Assembly (NCBI GenBank): GCA_963666835.2
Contig: CAXXGO010000003.1
Location: 608,001 to 672,000 of the forward strand
DNA length: 64,000 bases
Reading direction: 5' to 3'
From: Phycisphaerae bacterium
GTDB lineage: Bacteria > Planctomycetota > Phycisphaerae > UBA1845
Part shown: positions 28,786-39,347 of the stretch, piece by piece
How the letters are laid out: each line of letters starts with the position of its first letter
How positions within the stretch are numbered: the stretch's first letter is position 1
The notes under the pieces: model-generated
The model's database searches: none
What the model saw: only the letters and a program-made list of their open reading frames with translations
Told to the model about the DNA's origin: nothing
Position numbers and translations under genes: made by a program

Positions 28786-31227
28786 CTACGGAATCGTTGA
28801 TTCGGCGACCGCCACGAGTGGAGCACTCGCGTCGACCCACCAGATCAAGACACAAATCACCACCACAGTCGCTACCGCAGTGGCGAACAAGACATAATTG
28901 CGAATCTTCCCGGTCTGAGCCTTGCACACGACCTCGCCGAAGTCCTTCGAGGAATCGGCAATGCCGTTGACCACCCCGTCGACCCCGTGATTGTCGAGAA
29001 TCAGCCCGGAGAACGCCGCCAGCCGCTCCGTAATCGCAGCAGCCAGATCAAACACCAGATCGATCACGTACGTATCGAACAACCGCGCAATGCGGGAAAC
29101 CAGAACGCAGCCCTTCACCCATACGAAGCCGTAGACCTCGTCGAAGAAGTACTTCTTCTCCAACACGAAGTGCAACGGCGCCACCGCTCGCCTGATCGAC
29201 TCGGCCACGTCGAGCCCGCGACGGTAAATCGCCCAAGCCGCGGCAAACCCGACGATGAAGGCAAAGCCGACCCCCCACATAAGCCAGTGGTGAGCCGCGG
29301 TCATCGCCGCCGTATGAGTCGCGCCGTCGGTGGCCAGCACTCGCGCCGCATCGGTCGCGGCCGGGGCCGCATCGGCAATCAGATCACGGAAGATCCCGTA
29401 GCCGGTCACGAACGTGCCGACCGCCAAAACGATCAGCGGCACGTACATGAGCGGAATCTCGTGAGCGTGATGATGGACTTCCTCATCGCGCGGCTTGCCC
29501 ATGAACGTCATCCACCAGCAGCGCATCATGTAGAACGGCGTAACGTATGCTGTGATTAGCGCCAGCCAGAACATCCACTTGGGCAGCGGAGGTATGTCGG
29601 CGAATATCGCCGCTTTCGAATCGGCCGGGTCGGCATGTCCGGGGCCGGCATGGGCATGCCCGTGACCGGAGCCGTGCTCATGGTGCTGGACCATGCGAAT
29701 CGCCCCGGCCGCCATCGGTTGTTTCGAATCCGCTGGAACACCCTGATTATCAACGCCCTTTTGACCGAAGGACGCCAGAACAACCTGAGCCTCCCCGTCG
29801 GGCTCCACTTGGGCATGCGTATCATGACCGCCGCCGTGATCGCCATGCATCTGGTGGTGCTCGTAATCCCAATCGTACGCCCGAGTCCAGGCCACCGCGA
29901 GGATCTCGTCCTTGCTGAAGAAGCCGCCGAGACCGATCTTCTTACCGCCGATTTCAAGGCCGACGATACCCGCCCCCGAAATGGCGAGCACGCCTACGAA
30001 GAACGTCCAACAGGTAACCGGCATCTTCTTGCGCAGCCCGCCCATCTTCCGCATGTCTTGCTCGTGGTGGCACCCTTCGATCACCTGGCCGGAGCAGAGG
30101 AAGAGCATGGCCTTGAAAAACGCGTGCATTATCAGGTGGAATAGCGCCGCGATCCAAGCCCCGCAGCCCATCCCGAAGACCATATAGCCAAGCTGCGAAA
30201 GCGTGGAGTAGGCCAGGCATTTCTTGATGTCGACCTGCACAATCGCCACAAGCGCCATGAGGGTCAGCGTTAGACAGCCGATCAACGCGACGAACAACAG
30301 CGCCTCCGGGGTCATCAACCGGAACACCCGCGCGACCAGGTAGACACCCGCGGCTACCATCGTTGCCGCGTGGATCAAGGCGCTGACCGGGGTAGGACCG
30401 GCCATGGCATCCGGCAGCCACACGTGCAGCGGGAACTGAGCACTCTTTCCCATCGCCCCGCAGAACAAGCCGATACCCATAATCGTAGCCAGAGAGGCCC
30501 CGAACAAAGTGAAGTTGCTGGCGAAGATACCGGTGCCGTGAGCCGCCTGGCTCGCAAAGACGCCCGCCGCTTGATCAAGATCCAGCGTATGGAGTTGGAA
30601 GAAAACCAACATCAAGCCGATCAGGAACCCGAAGTCCCCGACGCGGTTGGTGATGAACGCCTTCATTCCCGCCTCGGAGGCGAACCCCTTATCGAAGTAG
30701 AACCCGATCAGCAGGTAACTGCACAGGCCTACCAGCTCCCAGAAGATGAACAGGAACAACAGGCTGCTGCTCGCGACCAGCCCGAGCATGCTGAAGCCGA
30801 ATAACGACAGGTACGCGAAGAAGCGATGGTACATGCACTTTCCGTCCACCTCGTCGCTGTGGCCGGACATGTACCCGAGGCTGAAGACAAAAATCCAGAA
30901 AGCTACGAAGGCCACCATGAAATACATGGCCACCGTCAATGAATCCAGTTTGATGCCCACCGTAGCGGGAACCGTGCCCAGAGTGGCCCAGGGTACGCGA
31001 TAGGCATGTTCGGATAGCTGCGCACGGGACGCGGGATCCTCCCCCCACCACGAGATCAGCACAATCGTGGCGCAGACAAGCGGAACGCCCATCCCCAACA
31101 CGACACCGAACCACCCCGAGGCCGGCTTGCCCATCTTCGCTCCGAAGAAGACAAGCAGCCAGAAGCTGATAAACGGCGACAGAATTCCCGCCGCCAGTAG
31201 GATTTCGTATGTGTGTCCCGTCATCAT
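28786..31227 (-). CDS. nuoL: NADH-quinone oxidoreductase subunit L (with His-rich insertion)
   Basis: WELVGLCSYLLIGF, KAFITNRVGDFG, GKSAQFPLHVWLPDAMAGPTPVSALIHAATMV, HAFFKA, FFSKDEI, QTGKIRNY. Confidence 0.96.
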   Translation of the reverse strand: MMTGHTYEILLAAGILSPFISFWLLVFFGAKMGKPASGWFGVVLGMGVPLVCATIVLISWWGEDPASRAQLSEHAYRVPWATLGTVPATVGIKLDSLTVAMYFMVAFVAFWIFVFSLGYMSGHSDEVDGKCMYHRFFAYLSLFGFSMLGLVASSSLLFLFIFWELVGLCSYLLIGFYFDKGFASEAGMKAFITNRVGDFGFLIGLMLVFFQLHTLDLDQAAGVFASQAAHGTGIFASNFTLFGASLATIMGIGLFCGAMGKSAQFPLHVWLPDAMAGPTPVSALIHAATMVAAGVYLVARVFRLMTPEALLFVALIGCLTLTLMALVAIVQVDIKKCLAYSTLSQLGYMVFGMGCGAWIAALFHLIMHAFFKAMLFLCSGQVIEGCHHEQDMRKMGGLRKKMPVTCWTFFVGVLAISGAGIVGLEIGGKKIGLGGFFSKDEILAVAWTRAYDWDYEHHQMHGDHGGGHDTHAQVEPDGEAQVVLASFGQKGVDNQGVPADSKQPMAAGAIRMVQHHEHGSGHGHAHAGPGHADPADSKAAIFADIPPLPKWMFWLALITAYVTPFYMMRCWWMTFMGKPRDEEVHHHAHEIPLMYVPLIVLAVGTFVTGYGIFRDLIADAAPAATDAARVLATDGATHTAAMTAAHHWLMWGVGFAFIVGFAAAWAIYRRGLDVAESIRRAVAPLHFVLEKKYFFDEVYGFVWVKGCVLVSRIARLFDTYVIDLVFDLAAAITERLAAFSGLILDNHGVDGVVNGIADSSKDFGEVVCKAQTGKIRNYVLFATAVATVVVICVLIWWVDASAPLVAVAESTIP

Positions 31228-31307
31228 CAAACTCTGCGGGTTCTGGCAAACTCCGGCCGACTATCGCCGCTTAATCCCGTTATTACCGATCGCAAACCAA
31301 CGCGGCG

Positions 31308-31646
31308 CTACCCGCGCAGGTCCGCAGCCTGGTCAACATCCATGGTGGCCAAGTTCTTGTACAAGTTGATACAGATACCGACGGCCAAAGCAGCCTCCGC
31401 CGCCGCCAGCACAATCACAAACAAGGCCATGATCTGCCCGTCGAGTCGCCCCGGTCCCAGGTAACGATCGAACGCCACCAGGTTGAGGCTGGCCGAGTTC
31501 AATACCAACTCGACCCCGATCAGAATCCCGATCGCGTTCCGCTTAGTCATCATGGTGAAGAGCCCGGAGACGAAAAGAACCGCGCCCACCACCAGGTAAT
31601 GCTGCAGGCCGACGTAGAGCAGATTGTCGAATTCTGGGGGAAACAT
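31308..31646 (-). CDS. nuoK: NADH-quinone oxidoreductase subunit K
   Basis: RNAIGILIGVELVLNS...GQIMALFVIVLAAAEAALA. Confidence 0.96.
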   Translation of the reverse strand: MFPPEFDNLLYVGLQHYLVVGAVLFVSGLFTMMTKRNAIGILIGVELVLNSASLNLVAFDRYLGPGRLDGQIMALFVIVLAAAEAALAVGICINLYKNLATMDVDQAADLRG

Positions 31647-31649
31647 AAG

Positions 31650-32291
31650 CTAGCTCTTCTTCTCCTGCCGGGCGAGATGGGCCGCGCCCACCATCACGAT
31701 CATCAGCAGCACACCGGCCACCTCGAACGGAACGAGGTAGGTCGTCAACAGGCTTCGGCCGATCTCGGCAACCGCCGCCCCGGGCATCGCGCCTTCCGCC
31801 GCGTGCCATGCCGTGCGGCAAAGTACCGTACACAGGCAGACCAGCAAGGCAAGGCAAACCACCCCGGCCCCGATCAGCTCCCACCGCTTCGCTTCAAACC
31901 TCACCCACGGCGACTTTGTAGTGAGCATCACACCAAAGACCAACAGAATCAGCGTTCCGCCCACGTAGACAATCAACTGAATGGCGCCGATGAAGTTGGC
32001 CGCCATGAGGAAGTACAACAAAGCCACCGCGCCTAACGCCCCAAACAGCCAGACCGCCATACGCACGATGTTCTTACTGGCGCACACGCCCAAAGCGCAC
32101 ACTACGGTCAGGATGGCACAACCGTAGAACGAGAGCACCTCGAGGATCCCACCCGGCTCCGCCGCACTGGTGACCGCCGTAGCTCCTTCGCCTGCGACCC
32201 CTTCCGTGCCGTACGCGGTCGACGCCAGGGAGACCAGCAACAGCACCGGCAAAATCAGCGTTCCTTCTCTTGGACGCAAAGCCGCCAACAT
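31650..32291 (-). CDS. nuoJ: NADH-quinone oxidoreductase subunit J
   Basis: ANFIGAIQLIVYVGGTLILLVFGVML, YLVPFEVAGVLLMIVMVGA; N-terminal extension. Confidence 0.93.
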   Translation of the reverse strand: MLAALRPREGTLILPVLLLVSLASTAYGTEGVAGEGATAVTSAAEPGGILEVLSFYGCAILTVVCALGVCASKNIVRMAVWLFGALGAVALLYFLMAANFIGAIQLIVYVGGTLILLVFGVMLTTKSPWVRFEAKRWELIGAGVVCLALLVCLCTVLCRTAWHAAEGAMPGAAVAEIGRSLLTTYLVPFEVAGVLLMIVMVGAAHLARQEKKS

Positions 32292-32389
32292 GCCAAACCC
32301 TTCAACTCAAGACCAACGCCCGGTTTAAACCCGGGATAACCTGTCGCATTCGCCCCCGCACAGGGGCACCCATCTTCGCCGCAGCAACC

Positions 32390-34090
32390 TTACGACCCGG
32401 GCAACGGGTCGATTACCAGATTTCCAACCAACCGGCGGCGGTGATAGAAACCGTGTGCGGCAATCGCCACGAACCCGATCGGGAACACCGCCCCGATCAA
32501 GCCGAGCAGCCAACTCACCACCTGATCGAACATCGCCCAGCCCGAGCTATCCGAACTCGACGCCCACACCCACAAGGTCGTGCCCAGCAGCAATACCATC
32601 GTCAACGGCAACAGCACCTGCACGCACGCGTAAAGCACCTGGTCGATCCTGATTCGCGGCAACGTCCAGCGAATCCAGATCTGCACGAATAGGAAGAACG
32701 TGGCCTTCATCACGAACCACAGCGGCCCACTGAACAGAAGCCCGTTGACCCCTCGTGCCAGTAAGTTGTCACCTAGCAGCTCGATGACCTTGTCGCCCCA
32801 CGCCACCGGCAACGGCGAGTGCCAGCCGCCCAAAAACAGAATCACCGCCAAGCCGCAAACCACGAACATCGCCGCATACTCGGCGAAGAAGAACAACGCC
32901 CAGCGGAATCCCGAATACTCGGTCAGGAACCCCGCCACCAGCTCACTTTCCGCCTCGGGAAGATCGAACGGAGCCCGCTTGCAGCTCGCCAAAGAGGCAA
33001 CGAAGTACGCCACAAAGGCGATGAAGGTGAACGGGTTGTCAAACGCCAGCCAACTGAACCAGCCGCCGGCCTGATACTCGCCGATGACCCGCAGGTTCAG
33101 CGACCCGACGCAAACGACCGGCACCAGCAAGGCCATCCCCATCGGAATCTCGTACGAAATCATCTGGCAGGCTTCCCGCATCCCGCCGTAGATGCTCCAT
33201 TTGTTGTTGGACGCCCAGCCACCGAGAATCACCGCCATAACCTCGACGCCCAACAGCGCCAGGATAAACACTAGTGAAACATCGAGATCGCGGAACAAGT
33301 ATGTCGCCCCAAACGGCAACACCATGTACGCGGCCGCACTGGGGATGATCGCAAAGAACGGCGCGAGCCTGAACAAAGGCCCGTCGGCCTCGGCGGGAAC
33401 CAGGTCCTCTTTGAGGACCAGCTTGATCCCGTCCGCCGGAGATTGCGCCCAGCCGTGCCACTTCCCGACCCGCATCGGGCCCAGCCGAGACTGAATACGA
33501 CCGGCAACCTTCCGCTCCCACCAAATCGCAAAGACCGGCACGATCGTAAAGAACACGATCAACGTTACCATAGAGATGACGTCGCGCACAATCGGGAACT
33601 GCAGAGGCCAGACCAGCGGGGACAGGAAATCCGGCAACATCTCCGGGAACGCCCCCGAGATTTCCGCCAGCGTCAGCGGAGCGCCGAACCAGGTGGTCAC
33701 CGCGGGGTCATTCGCCGCGTGGGCCACCGCCCCCACTTCGACCCACTCGAACAGCATATGCACGGCCCAAACACCGAAGCACGAAGCCACAAATGCGCCG
33801 ACCAGCAGGATGATGGCGACACGCAGCAACACCGGCGGCCACATCCCCCAGGTTTTCACGAAGAACGCCGCCCCCGCTGCGGCACCGGCCGTCAGCGCGG
33901 GTGCAATCACCAGAAGGAGCCAAGCCACCGGGTGTCCGTTCAATAGCGTGCCGGCCACCCAATAGCCCACCACCGCAACGATGGCGAAGAACACCGCTAC
34001 CCCCAACGCCTTCACGGGGAAGCCGTAGTTGGTCCGCTCCGATTTCTGAATCCATGGTACGGAGAACTGGGTCACAATACCGCTCCACAC
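32390..34090 (-). CDS. nuoH: NADH-quinone oxidoreductase subunit H (extended N- and C-termini)
   Basis: WERKVAGRIQSRLGP, ADGIKLVLKED, GWASNNK, ISYEIP, RAPFDLPEAESELVAGF.TEYSG, RWTLPRIRIDQ. Confidence 0.95.
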   Translation of the reverse strand: MWSGIVTQFSVPWIQKSERTNYGFPVKALGVAVFFAIVAVVGYWVAGTLLNGHPVAWLLLVIAPALTAGAAAGAAFFVKTWGMWPPVLLRVAIILLVGAFVASCFGVWAVHMLFEWVEVGAVAHAANDPAVTTWFGAPLTLAEISGAFPEMLPDFLSPLVWPLQFPIVRDVISMVTLIVFFTIVPVFAIWWERKVAGRIQSRLGPMRVGKWHGWAQSPADGIKLVLKEDLVPAEADGPLFRLAPFFAIIPSAAAYMVLPFGATYLFRDLDVSLVFILALLGVEVMAVILGGWASNNKWSIYGGMREACQMISYEIPMGMALLVPVVCVGSLNLRVIGEYQAGGWFSWLAFDNPFTFIAFVAYFVASLASCKRAPFDLPEAESELVAGFLTEYSGFRWALFFFAEYAAMFVVCGLAVILFLGGWHSPLPVAWGDKVIELLGDNLLARGVNGLLFSGPLWFVMKATFFLFVQIWIRWTLPRIRIDQVLYACVQVLLPLTMVLLLGTTLWVWASSSDSSGWAMFDQVVSWLLGLIGAVFPIGFVAIAAHGFYHRRRLVGNLVIDPLPGS

Positions 34091-34197
34091 CTCAACTCAG
34101 GTGCGCTCGTCCTACCTAGATTAATCTCAACACTCTCGTTCGGGAGGGCCATCAGAACACCTCCCGTCATCCGGCCGTCAGGCCGCCTTTCAAACCG

Positions 34198-35394
34198 TCA
34201 ACGGTCCACTTCTCCCATAACAATGTCGATGCTGGCGATGAAAGCCGGAAGGTCCGCAATGAGGACGTCCCGACAAACATGCCCCAGAATCGACAGATTG
34301 GAGAAGCTCGGCCCGCGGGCTTTCACCCGATAGGGGATCGGAGTTCCGTCCCCCCTGACGTAGAAGCCAAGTTGGCCGCGCGGGTTCTCAACTTCAACGT
34401 AGACTTCGTCATCCGGCAACTTCAGATTCCGCAGCTTCGGCGCGATTATGTCGCCTTCCTCGAGCTGATCCAAAGCCTGGCGGATGATCCGCACCGACTG
34501 CCCCATCTCCAGTACCCGCATGAAGTACCGGCTCCAGCAGTCCCCGACCACAACACCCTCCGGGCGATCATCACCACCCGGCTGTCCGATCGGAATATCA
34601 AAATCGTATTTCTCGTAGCCGTCGTACGGACGCACCTTGCGCAGATCCCACCGTATCCCGCTGGCTCGCAGGCATACCCCGGTCAGACCATAAGCAAGCG
34701 CATCTTCGAGCGACACCACACCGACATTGGTCGTGCGCTTCAGGAAAATGTGGTTGAAGCTCAGCAGGTTGTCATAGTCCACGATCTTCGGGCCGAAGAA
34801 ATCGAGGAACTCTCGACAACGGCCCACCCATCCGTCCGGCAGATCACTACGAACGCCGCCGACGGTAATATGGCTGTAAGTCAATCGCGCTCCACACGCC
34901 GCCTCGAGCAGATCGAGAACCATCTCCCGCTCGCGGAAACACCAGGTAAACGGCGTGAACGCCCCCATGTCCAGCCCGAAACAACCCACCGTAACCAGGT
35001 GCGAGGCGATCCGATTCAACTCCGCGAAAATAACCCGCAGAGCCTGAGCCCGCGGGGGAACTTCAATCCCGCACAGCCGCTCTACCGCCACCGCATACGC
35101 CTGGTTGTTGTTCATCCCGGAGAGGTAATCCATCCGGTCCGTGTACGGAATGAACTGGAAGGGCTGCAGGGACTCGCCGATCTTCTCCGCACAGCGGTGC
35201 AGGTAACCTAGGTGCGGGACGGCCTCGAGCACCATCTCCCCGTCGGTCCGCAGAACCACGCGGAGCACCCCGTGCGTCGCCGGGTGCTGCGGCCCCATGT
35301 TGACCAGCATTTCCTCCGTGCGCAGGTCACCCTGCTCCACGCGATTGCAGTCGATCAACACGTCCGGGCTGGATTGAATAACAGTTTCAGCCAT
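34198..35394 (-). CDS. nuoD: NADH-quinone oxidoreductase subunit D
   Basis: NMGPQHPATHGVLR, GYLHRCAEK, DRMDY, ELNRIASHL, ENPRGQLG, DIVMGEVDR; no NiFe CxxC ligands. Confidence 0.96.
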   Translation of the reverse strand: MAETVIQSSPDVLIDCNRVEQGDLRTEEMLVNMGPQHPATHGVLRVVLRTDGEMVLEAVPHLGYLHRCAEKIGESLQPFQFIPYTDRMDYLSGMNNNQAYAVAVERLCGIEVPPRAQALRVIFAELNRIASHLVTVGCFGLDMGAFTPFTWCFREREMVLDLLEAACGARLTYSHITVGGVRSDLPDGWVGRCREFLDFFGPKIVDYDNLLSFNHIFLKRTTNVGVVSLEDALAYGLTGVCLRASGIRWDLRKVRPYDGYEKYDFDIPIGQPGGDDRPEGVVVGDCWSRYFMRVLEMGQSVRIIRQALDQLEEGDIIAPKLRNLKLPDDEVYVEVENPRGQLGFYVRGDGTPIPYRVKARGPSFSNLSILGHVCRDVLIADLPAFIASIDIVMGEVDR

Positions 35395-35413
35395 GTTCTT
35401 TGCCGCTTTGACC

Positions 35414-35947
35414 TCAGTGTCGCGGGTTCGTCAGCTCACACTCGGTAGTCCCGGGAATCCCGTGGTACTCCAACGGGAACTCATAGTCCTTGCGCAGCGG
35501 ATGCCCCACCCAATCGTCCGGGCAGAGAATTCGCCGCAAGTCGGGATGTCCGCTGAAACGGATCCCCATCAAGTCAAACGCCTCGCGCTCGTGCCAGTTC
35601 GCCGTCGGCCACAACTGGGCCACGGACGGAATCACCGGATCAGCCGCGTCGATCACCACGCGTACCGCAAACTCGCAGGTCCCGGCCGGCAGCTCCGTAA
35701 GATTCGACGTCGGGAGCTGGTCAAAATCATAAACGCACGCGAGCTTTCCGTCGGCCACCAGATCCAACGAGGTCACCGCCCGCAGGAAGTTGAACGCCAG
35801 CCGGGCATCATCACGCAGGAACTTCGCGACCTCGAGCCAGCGGGCGACGTCGACCTGGACATAAGGATGACCGCCGTCCAGAACGATCTCAACGATCGCC
35901 TCGCCGAACTCCGACTTCAACAGCTTGCTGATCTCTTCGGGCGTCAT
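35414..35947 (-). CDS. nuoC: NADH-quinone oxidoreductase subunit C
   Basis: [35 protein letters not shown]...GHPLRKDY; start trimmed to ATG 35947, just after the nuoB stop. Confidence 0.95.
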   Translation of the reverse strand: MTPEEISKLLKSEFGEAIVEIVLDGGHPYVQVDVARWLEVAKFLRDDARLAFNFLRAVTSLDLVADGKLACVYDFDQLPTSNLTELPAGTCEFAVRVVIDAADPVIPSVAQLWPTANWHEREAFDLMGIRFSGHPDLRRILCPDDWVGHPLRKDYEFPLEYHGIPGTTECELTNPRH

Positions 35948-35952
35948 GAAAC

Positions 35953-36471
35953 CTATCCCTGCACCGTTTCCGTTATCTTCGTAACCGGCCGCTTCGCCCG
36001 GCTCTGATGGCGAATCTGATCCTGCAAACGCATCAGCCCTTCCAGGAGACTTTCCGGACGCGGCGGGCAACCGGGCACATAAACGTCCACCGGCACGATC
36101 AGGTCCACACCCTTAACGATGCCGTATCCATACTTGAAGTACGGCCCGCCGCCAACCGTGCACGCCCCCATCGCCATTACGTACTTCGGCTCGGGCATCT
36201 GGTTGTAAAGGCGCTTCAGCCGCGCCGCCATCTTGTAGGTGACCGTGCCGGCCACGATCATCAGATCAGCTTGTCGCGGCGTCGCCCTAAAGGCACCCGC
36301 CCCGAACCGGTCCATATCAAACCGCGATGCACCCGTGGCCATCATCTCGATGGCGCAGCATGCCAGGCCGAAAGTCATCGGCCAGAGGCTGTTACTGCGT
36401 CCCCAGTTGATCGCCCAGTCCACCGTTGTCATGATCACGCCGTCATCGACGCGATTCTCAATCCAACTCAT
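35953..36471 (-). CDS. nuoB: NADH-quinone oxidoreductase subunit B
   Basis: [42 protein letters not shown]. Confidence 0.97.
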   Translation of the reverse strand: MSWIENRVDDGVIMTTVDWAINWGRSNSLWPMTFGLACCAIEMMATGASRFDMDRFGAGAFRATPRQADLMIVAGTVTYKMAARLKRLYNQMPEPKYVMAMGACTVGGGPYFKYGYGIVKGVDLIVPVDVYVPGCPPRPESLLEGLMRLQDQIRHQSRAKRPVTKITETVQG

Positions 36472-36513
36472 CTCGCAGCTCCGACCAGATACCTCGCTGG
36501 TCTACCGGTCGCA

Positions 36514-36990
36514 TTACTCCGCATCCGACTCTGTTTGCGCCGTTGTAGCCCGAACCCAGTTCAGGTACCCGGACTTCCACTCATACATGAACGGAATCGC
36601 AATCAGCAGGAAGAACACAAGAAACGCCCAGAATGCCGGCGTGCCTATATCCCTGAAAACCACCGCCCAAGGCCACAGAAGCGCGACCTCTACGTCGAAC
36701 ACGATGAAGACCAACGCTACCGTATAGAAACGCAGGTCAAACTGGACCCAACCGTCCCCAACCGCCGGCTCACCGCATTCGTAGGCCGTGCCCTTCTCCG
36801 GATGCGGTGCCGTCGGACGCACAAACCGCCCGGCTGTCAACCCCCCGAACCCGATTACGAACCCCGCGACCACGAACAGAAACAGTCCGACAATCAACTC
36901 GACGTTCGTGTTCGCATGAACGGTCGACGACTCCGCCGCTACCAACGCTGGAGCCAAAGTCGACATCGCACTAATCAGCATAGTTGCCAC
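36514..36990 (-). CDS. nuoA: NADH-quinone oxidoreductase subunit A
   Basis: KGTAYECGE, RFYTVALVFIVFDVEVALLWPWA, YEWKSGYLNW. Confidence 0.95.
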   Translation of the reverse strand: MATMLISAMSTLAPALVAAESSTVHANTNVELIVGLFLFVVAGFVIGFGGLTAGRFVRPTAPHPEKGTAYECGEPAVGDGWVQFDLRFYTVALVFIVFDVEVALLWPWAVVFRDIGTPAFWAFLVFFLLIAIPFMYEWKSGYLNWVRATTAQTESDAE

Positions 36991-37024
36991 CGCGGTCTCT
37001 CCACCCGGCCATCAAGCCGAGCTT

Positions 37025-37657
37025 CTATTCCTTTTTCGCGATTTCAGATGGTTCAAGGGCCTTCCGCATCAGCTCCCGGCGCTGCTCGGGCGGGCCACCC
37101 GGAGCATCGGACGTGTGGGCAAGGTCGACCCACTCCTGCTTGCGCTGCCGAACCCACTCGGGGGGACTGTCCTTCTGCATCCAGAGCGGCTGCGGCGTCT
37201 GGAGGCCCTTGGCGGCCAACTCGGTGAATTCGACGATCATGCTCTGCCGATCGTAAGCCGCCATATCGTGGATGTTGCCCATGTGGATGCAGGACGTCGG
37301 GCACGGCTCCGTGCACAATCCACAGAACATGCACTTGGCGTAGTCGATTGCGTACCGCGTCATCGCCCCGCCGACCGCTACCCCGGACTCCTTATCAATC
37401 TTCCGCGGCCCCGACTTTTCGATGTAGATGCAGTCCACCGGGCACGCCCGGGCACACTGATCGCACGCGATGCAGCGTTCGATCTCGTAATAGTGGAACC
37501 CACGATACTGCGGCTGCAGGACCGGCGGGGTATCCGGGTATTGAACGGTAACCGTCTTGGCAAAACAGTACTTCAGCGAGACCCGCATGCCCACGAGAAT
37601 GCTGTACACCGCCCGCCAGACGTTGAAAACGTAGTCGTAAACCGGGTTGTTCTGCAT
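37025..37657 (-). CDS. nuoI: NADH-quinone oxidoreductase subunit I
   Basis: VTVQYP, two 4Fe-4S motifs CIACDQCARACP and CMFCGLCTEPCP. Confidence 0.93.
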   Translation of the reverse strand: MQNNPVYDYVFNVWRAVYSILVGMRVSLKYCFAKTVTVQYPDTPPVLQPQYRGFHYYEIERCIACDQCARACPVDCIYIEKSGPRKIDKESGVAVGGAMTRYAIDYAKCMFCGLCTEPCPTSCIHMGNIHDMAAYDRQSMIVEFTELAAKGLQTPQPLWMQKDSPPEWVRQRKQEWVDLAHTSDAPGGPPEQRRELMRKALEPSEIAKKE

Positions 37658-37924
37658 TTATGGAGGACTCGAAAAAGGCCCAAACGAGCCGCGCCTACAC
37701 CCGCAACCGCTTCGCCGCGCTGACAAAACGCGGCGATTCTAGGGCTTTGCCCAACAGACTTCAACAGCCCCACGCAAAACGCCGCCATCTGCAACCGTTG
37801 CCGCCCTCGCCGCTCGCTCGACCAACAACCGATGCTCGCCAAAAAGACTACAAAAACAGGGCAACCATGGCCAACCCGGCCCTAAACAAGCGAAACCGGG
37901 AGTCGGAAGCACATCCAACCTTCT

Positions 37925-39183
37925 CTAATCCACCGGGCTTTCCGCCAAGCACAACCGCAGGAGATTCAACGCAACCTTGCAGCTTCGGTCCCGGATCTCC
38001 CTGCGGCTCAGATGCTCACCCAGAAGAACGCGCTTCACGTCCACGGTCCGGGCATCCGCCAACCCGATGAAAACCAGCCCCACCGGCTTAGCCGGCGGAG
38101 CACCGCCGGTCGGGCCGGCAATTCCGGTTATCGCCAGAGCAAAATCCGTACCAGCCGTCGCCCGGCAGCCGATCGCCATCGCCCGGGCGACGGGCTCGCT
38201 GACCGCTCCTTCCGCCTCGATCATCGCCGCCGGCACGTTCAGAAGCTCGATCTTCGCCTCATTTGAGTACGTCACCAGACCGCGAACAAAATAAGCGCTA
38301 CTGCCCGAGATATCCGTCAGTTGCTTGGCCAACAGCCCGCCGGTGCAAGATTCGGCCGTCGCCACCGTTCTGCCTTGCTCCAACAGCAGCCCGGCCACAA
38401 CTTCCGCAAGAGACACCTCGCCGTCTCCAAAAACGGCCCGGCCCAGCCGCTGGCGTACTTCGGCCACATCGGAATCCAGCAACCGCTCCACGGCCGCCTC
38501 ATCCAAGCCTTCAGCCGTGAGCCGAACGGTGATAACGGCGTCGGAAGCCGTGGTCCCGACCAGCGGGTTTCGACCTCGGACCATGTAGGGTCAGCCAGGC
38601 GCTCGCCGACCCGCGCTTCGGCCATCCCAAAGCACCTAATCTGCCTACTTCGCACGATGGACCCAATCGAACAACCGACCAGAGTGGGGGCAATCGCCTC
38701 CCGGAACATGGCTTTCATCTCAGACGGAACCCCGGGGAGGGCATACAGCCGCTTCTGACCGGACGTGTAGGCGATCCCCGGAGCCGTGCCTCGGAGATTG
38801 GGGATCATCTTACATCCGCTGGGGATCATAGCCTGCACCGTATTCGCCTCGTCGAACGGCCGCTGCCACCGTTCGAACATCGCCCGGATCTGTCGCAACG
38901 CTTCAGGATTCTCTTCCAAGGGCCGGCCGACCGCCGCGGCGACGCCCTGCCGGGTAAGATCGTCGGCCGTCGGGCCCAGACCGCCGCTGACAATCACGAG
39001 ATCCGCATTACTCAGCCCGCCGGTGATTGCCCCGCAGATTCGCTCGACGTCATCCCCCACCGTAACGTGCGCGATGGTATGCACGCCCACTCGCGTCAAC
39101 TCTTCGGACAACCAAGCCGAATTCGTATCGATACAGGCTCCGGTGATCAACTCGTGCCCGACGCTGACGATTGTGGCATCCAT
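37925..39183 (-). pseudogene. cinA: CinA competence/damage-inducible protein (MoCF-binding + PncC NMN deamidase domains), frameshifted near 38590; probably an intact gene with sequencing error
   Basis: N-half VGHELITG..DTNSAWL, VGDD, GGLGPTADDLT, GTAPG, LPGVPSEM; C-half AESCTGG, GSSAYF, YSNEAK, GAVSE, TGIAGPTGG; halves are 2 nt out of frame. Confidence 0.88.
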
Positions 39184-39347
39184 GGTGGGGATAAGCCTAA
39201 CACACCCTGAGCCGCTCGCAAACACCAAGACTGGTACTTACGTGGCACCGAAGGTCGGAACAGGATATAGTCTGTTAGGCTCCCGGCCGATCCATAGAGG
39301 GTAGACCGCGTAAGGCCGGGCGGCGTCAATCGTCGAGCGGCCCGTTC

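Noticed and set aside
34198..36471. Group 4 NiFe hydrogenase interpretation of the EFG-less cluster
   Set aside because: The large subunit lacks both CxxC NiFe motifs and ends GEVDR like NuoD; nuoA/J/K are present
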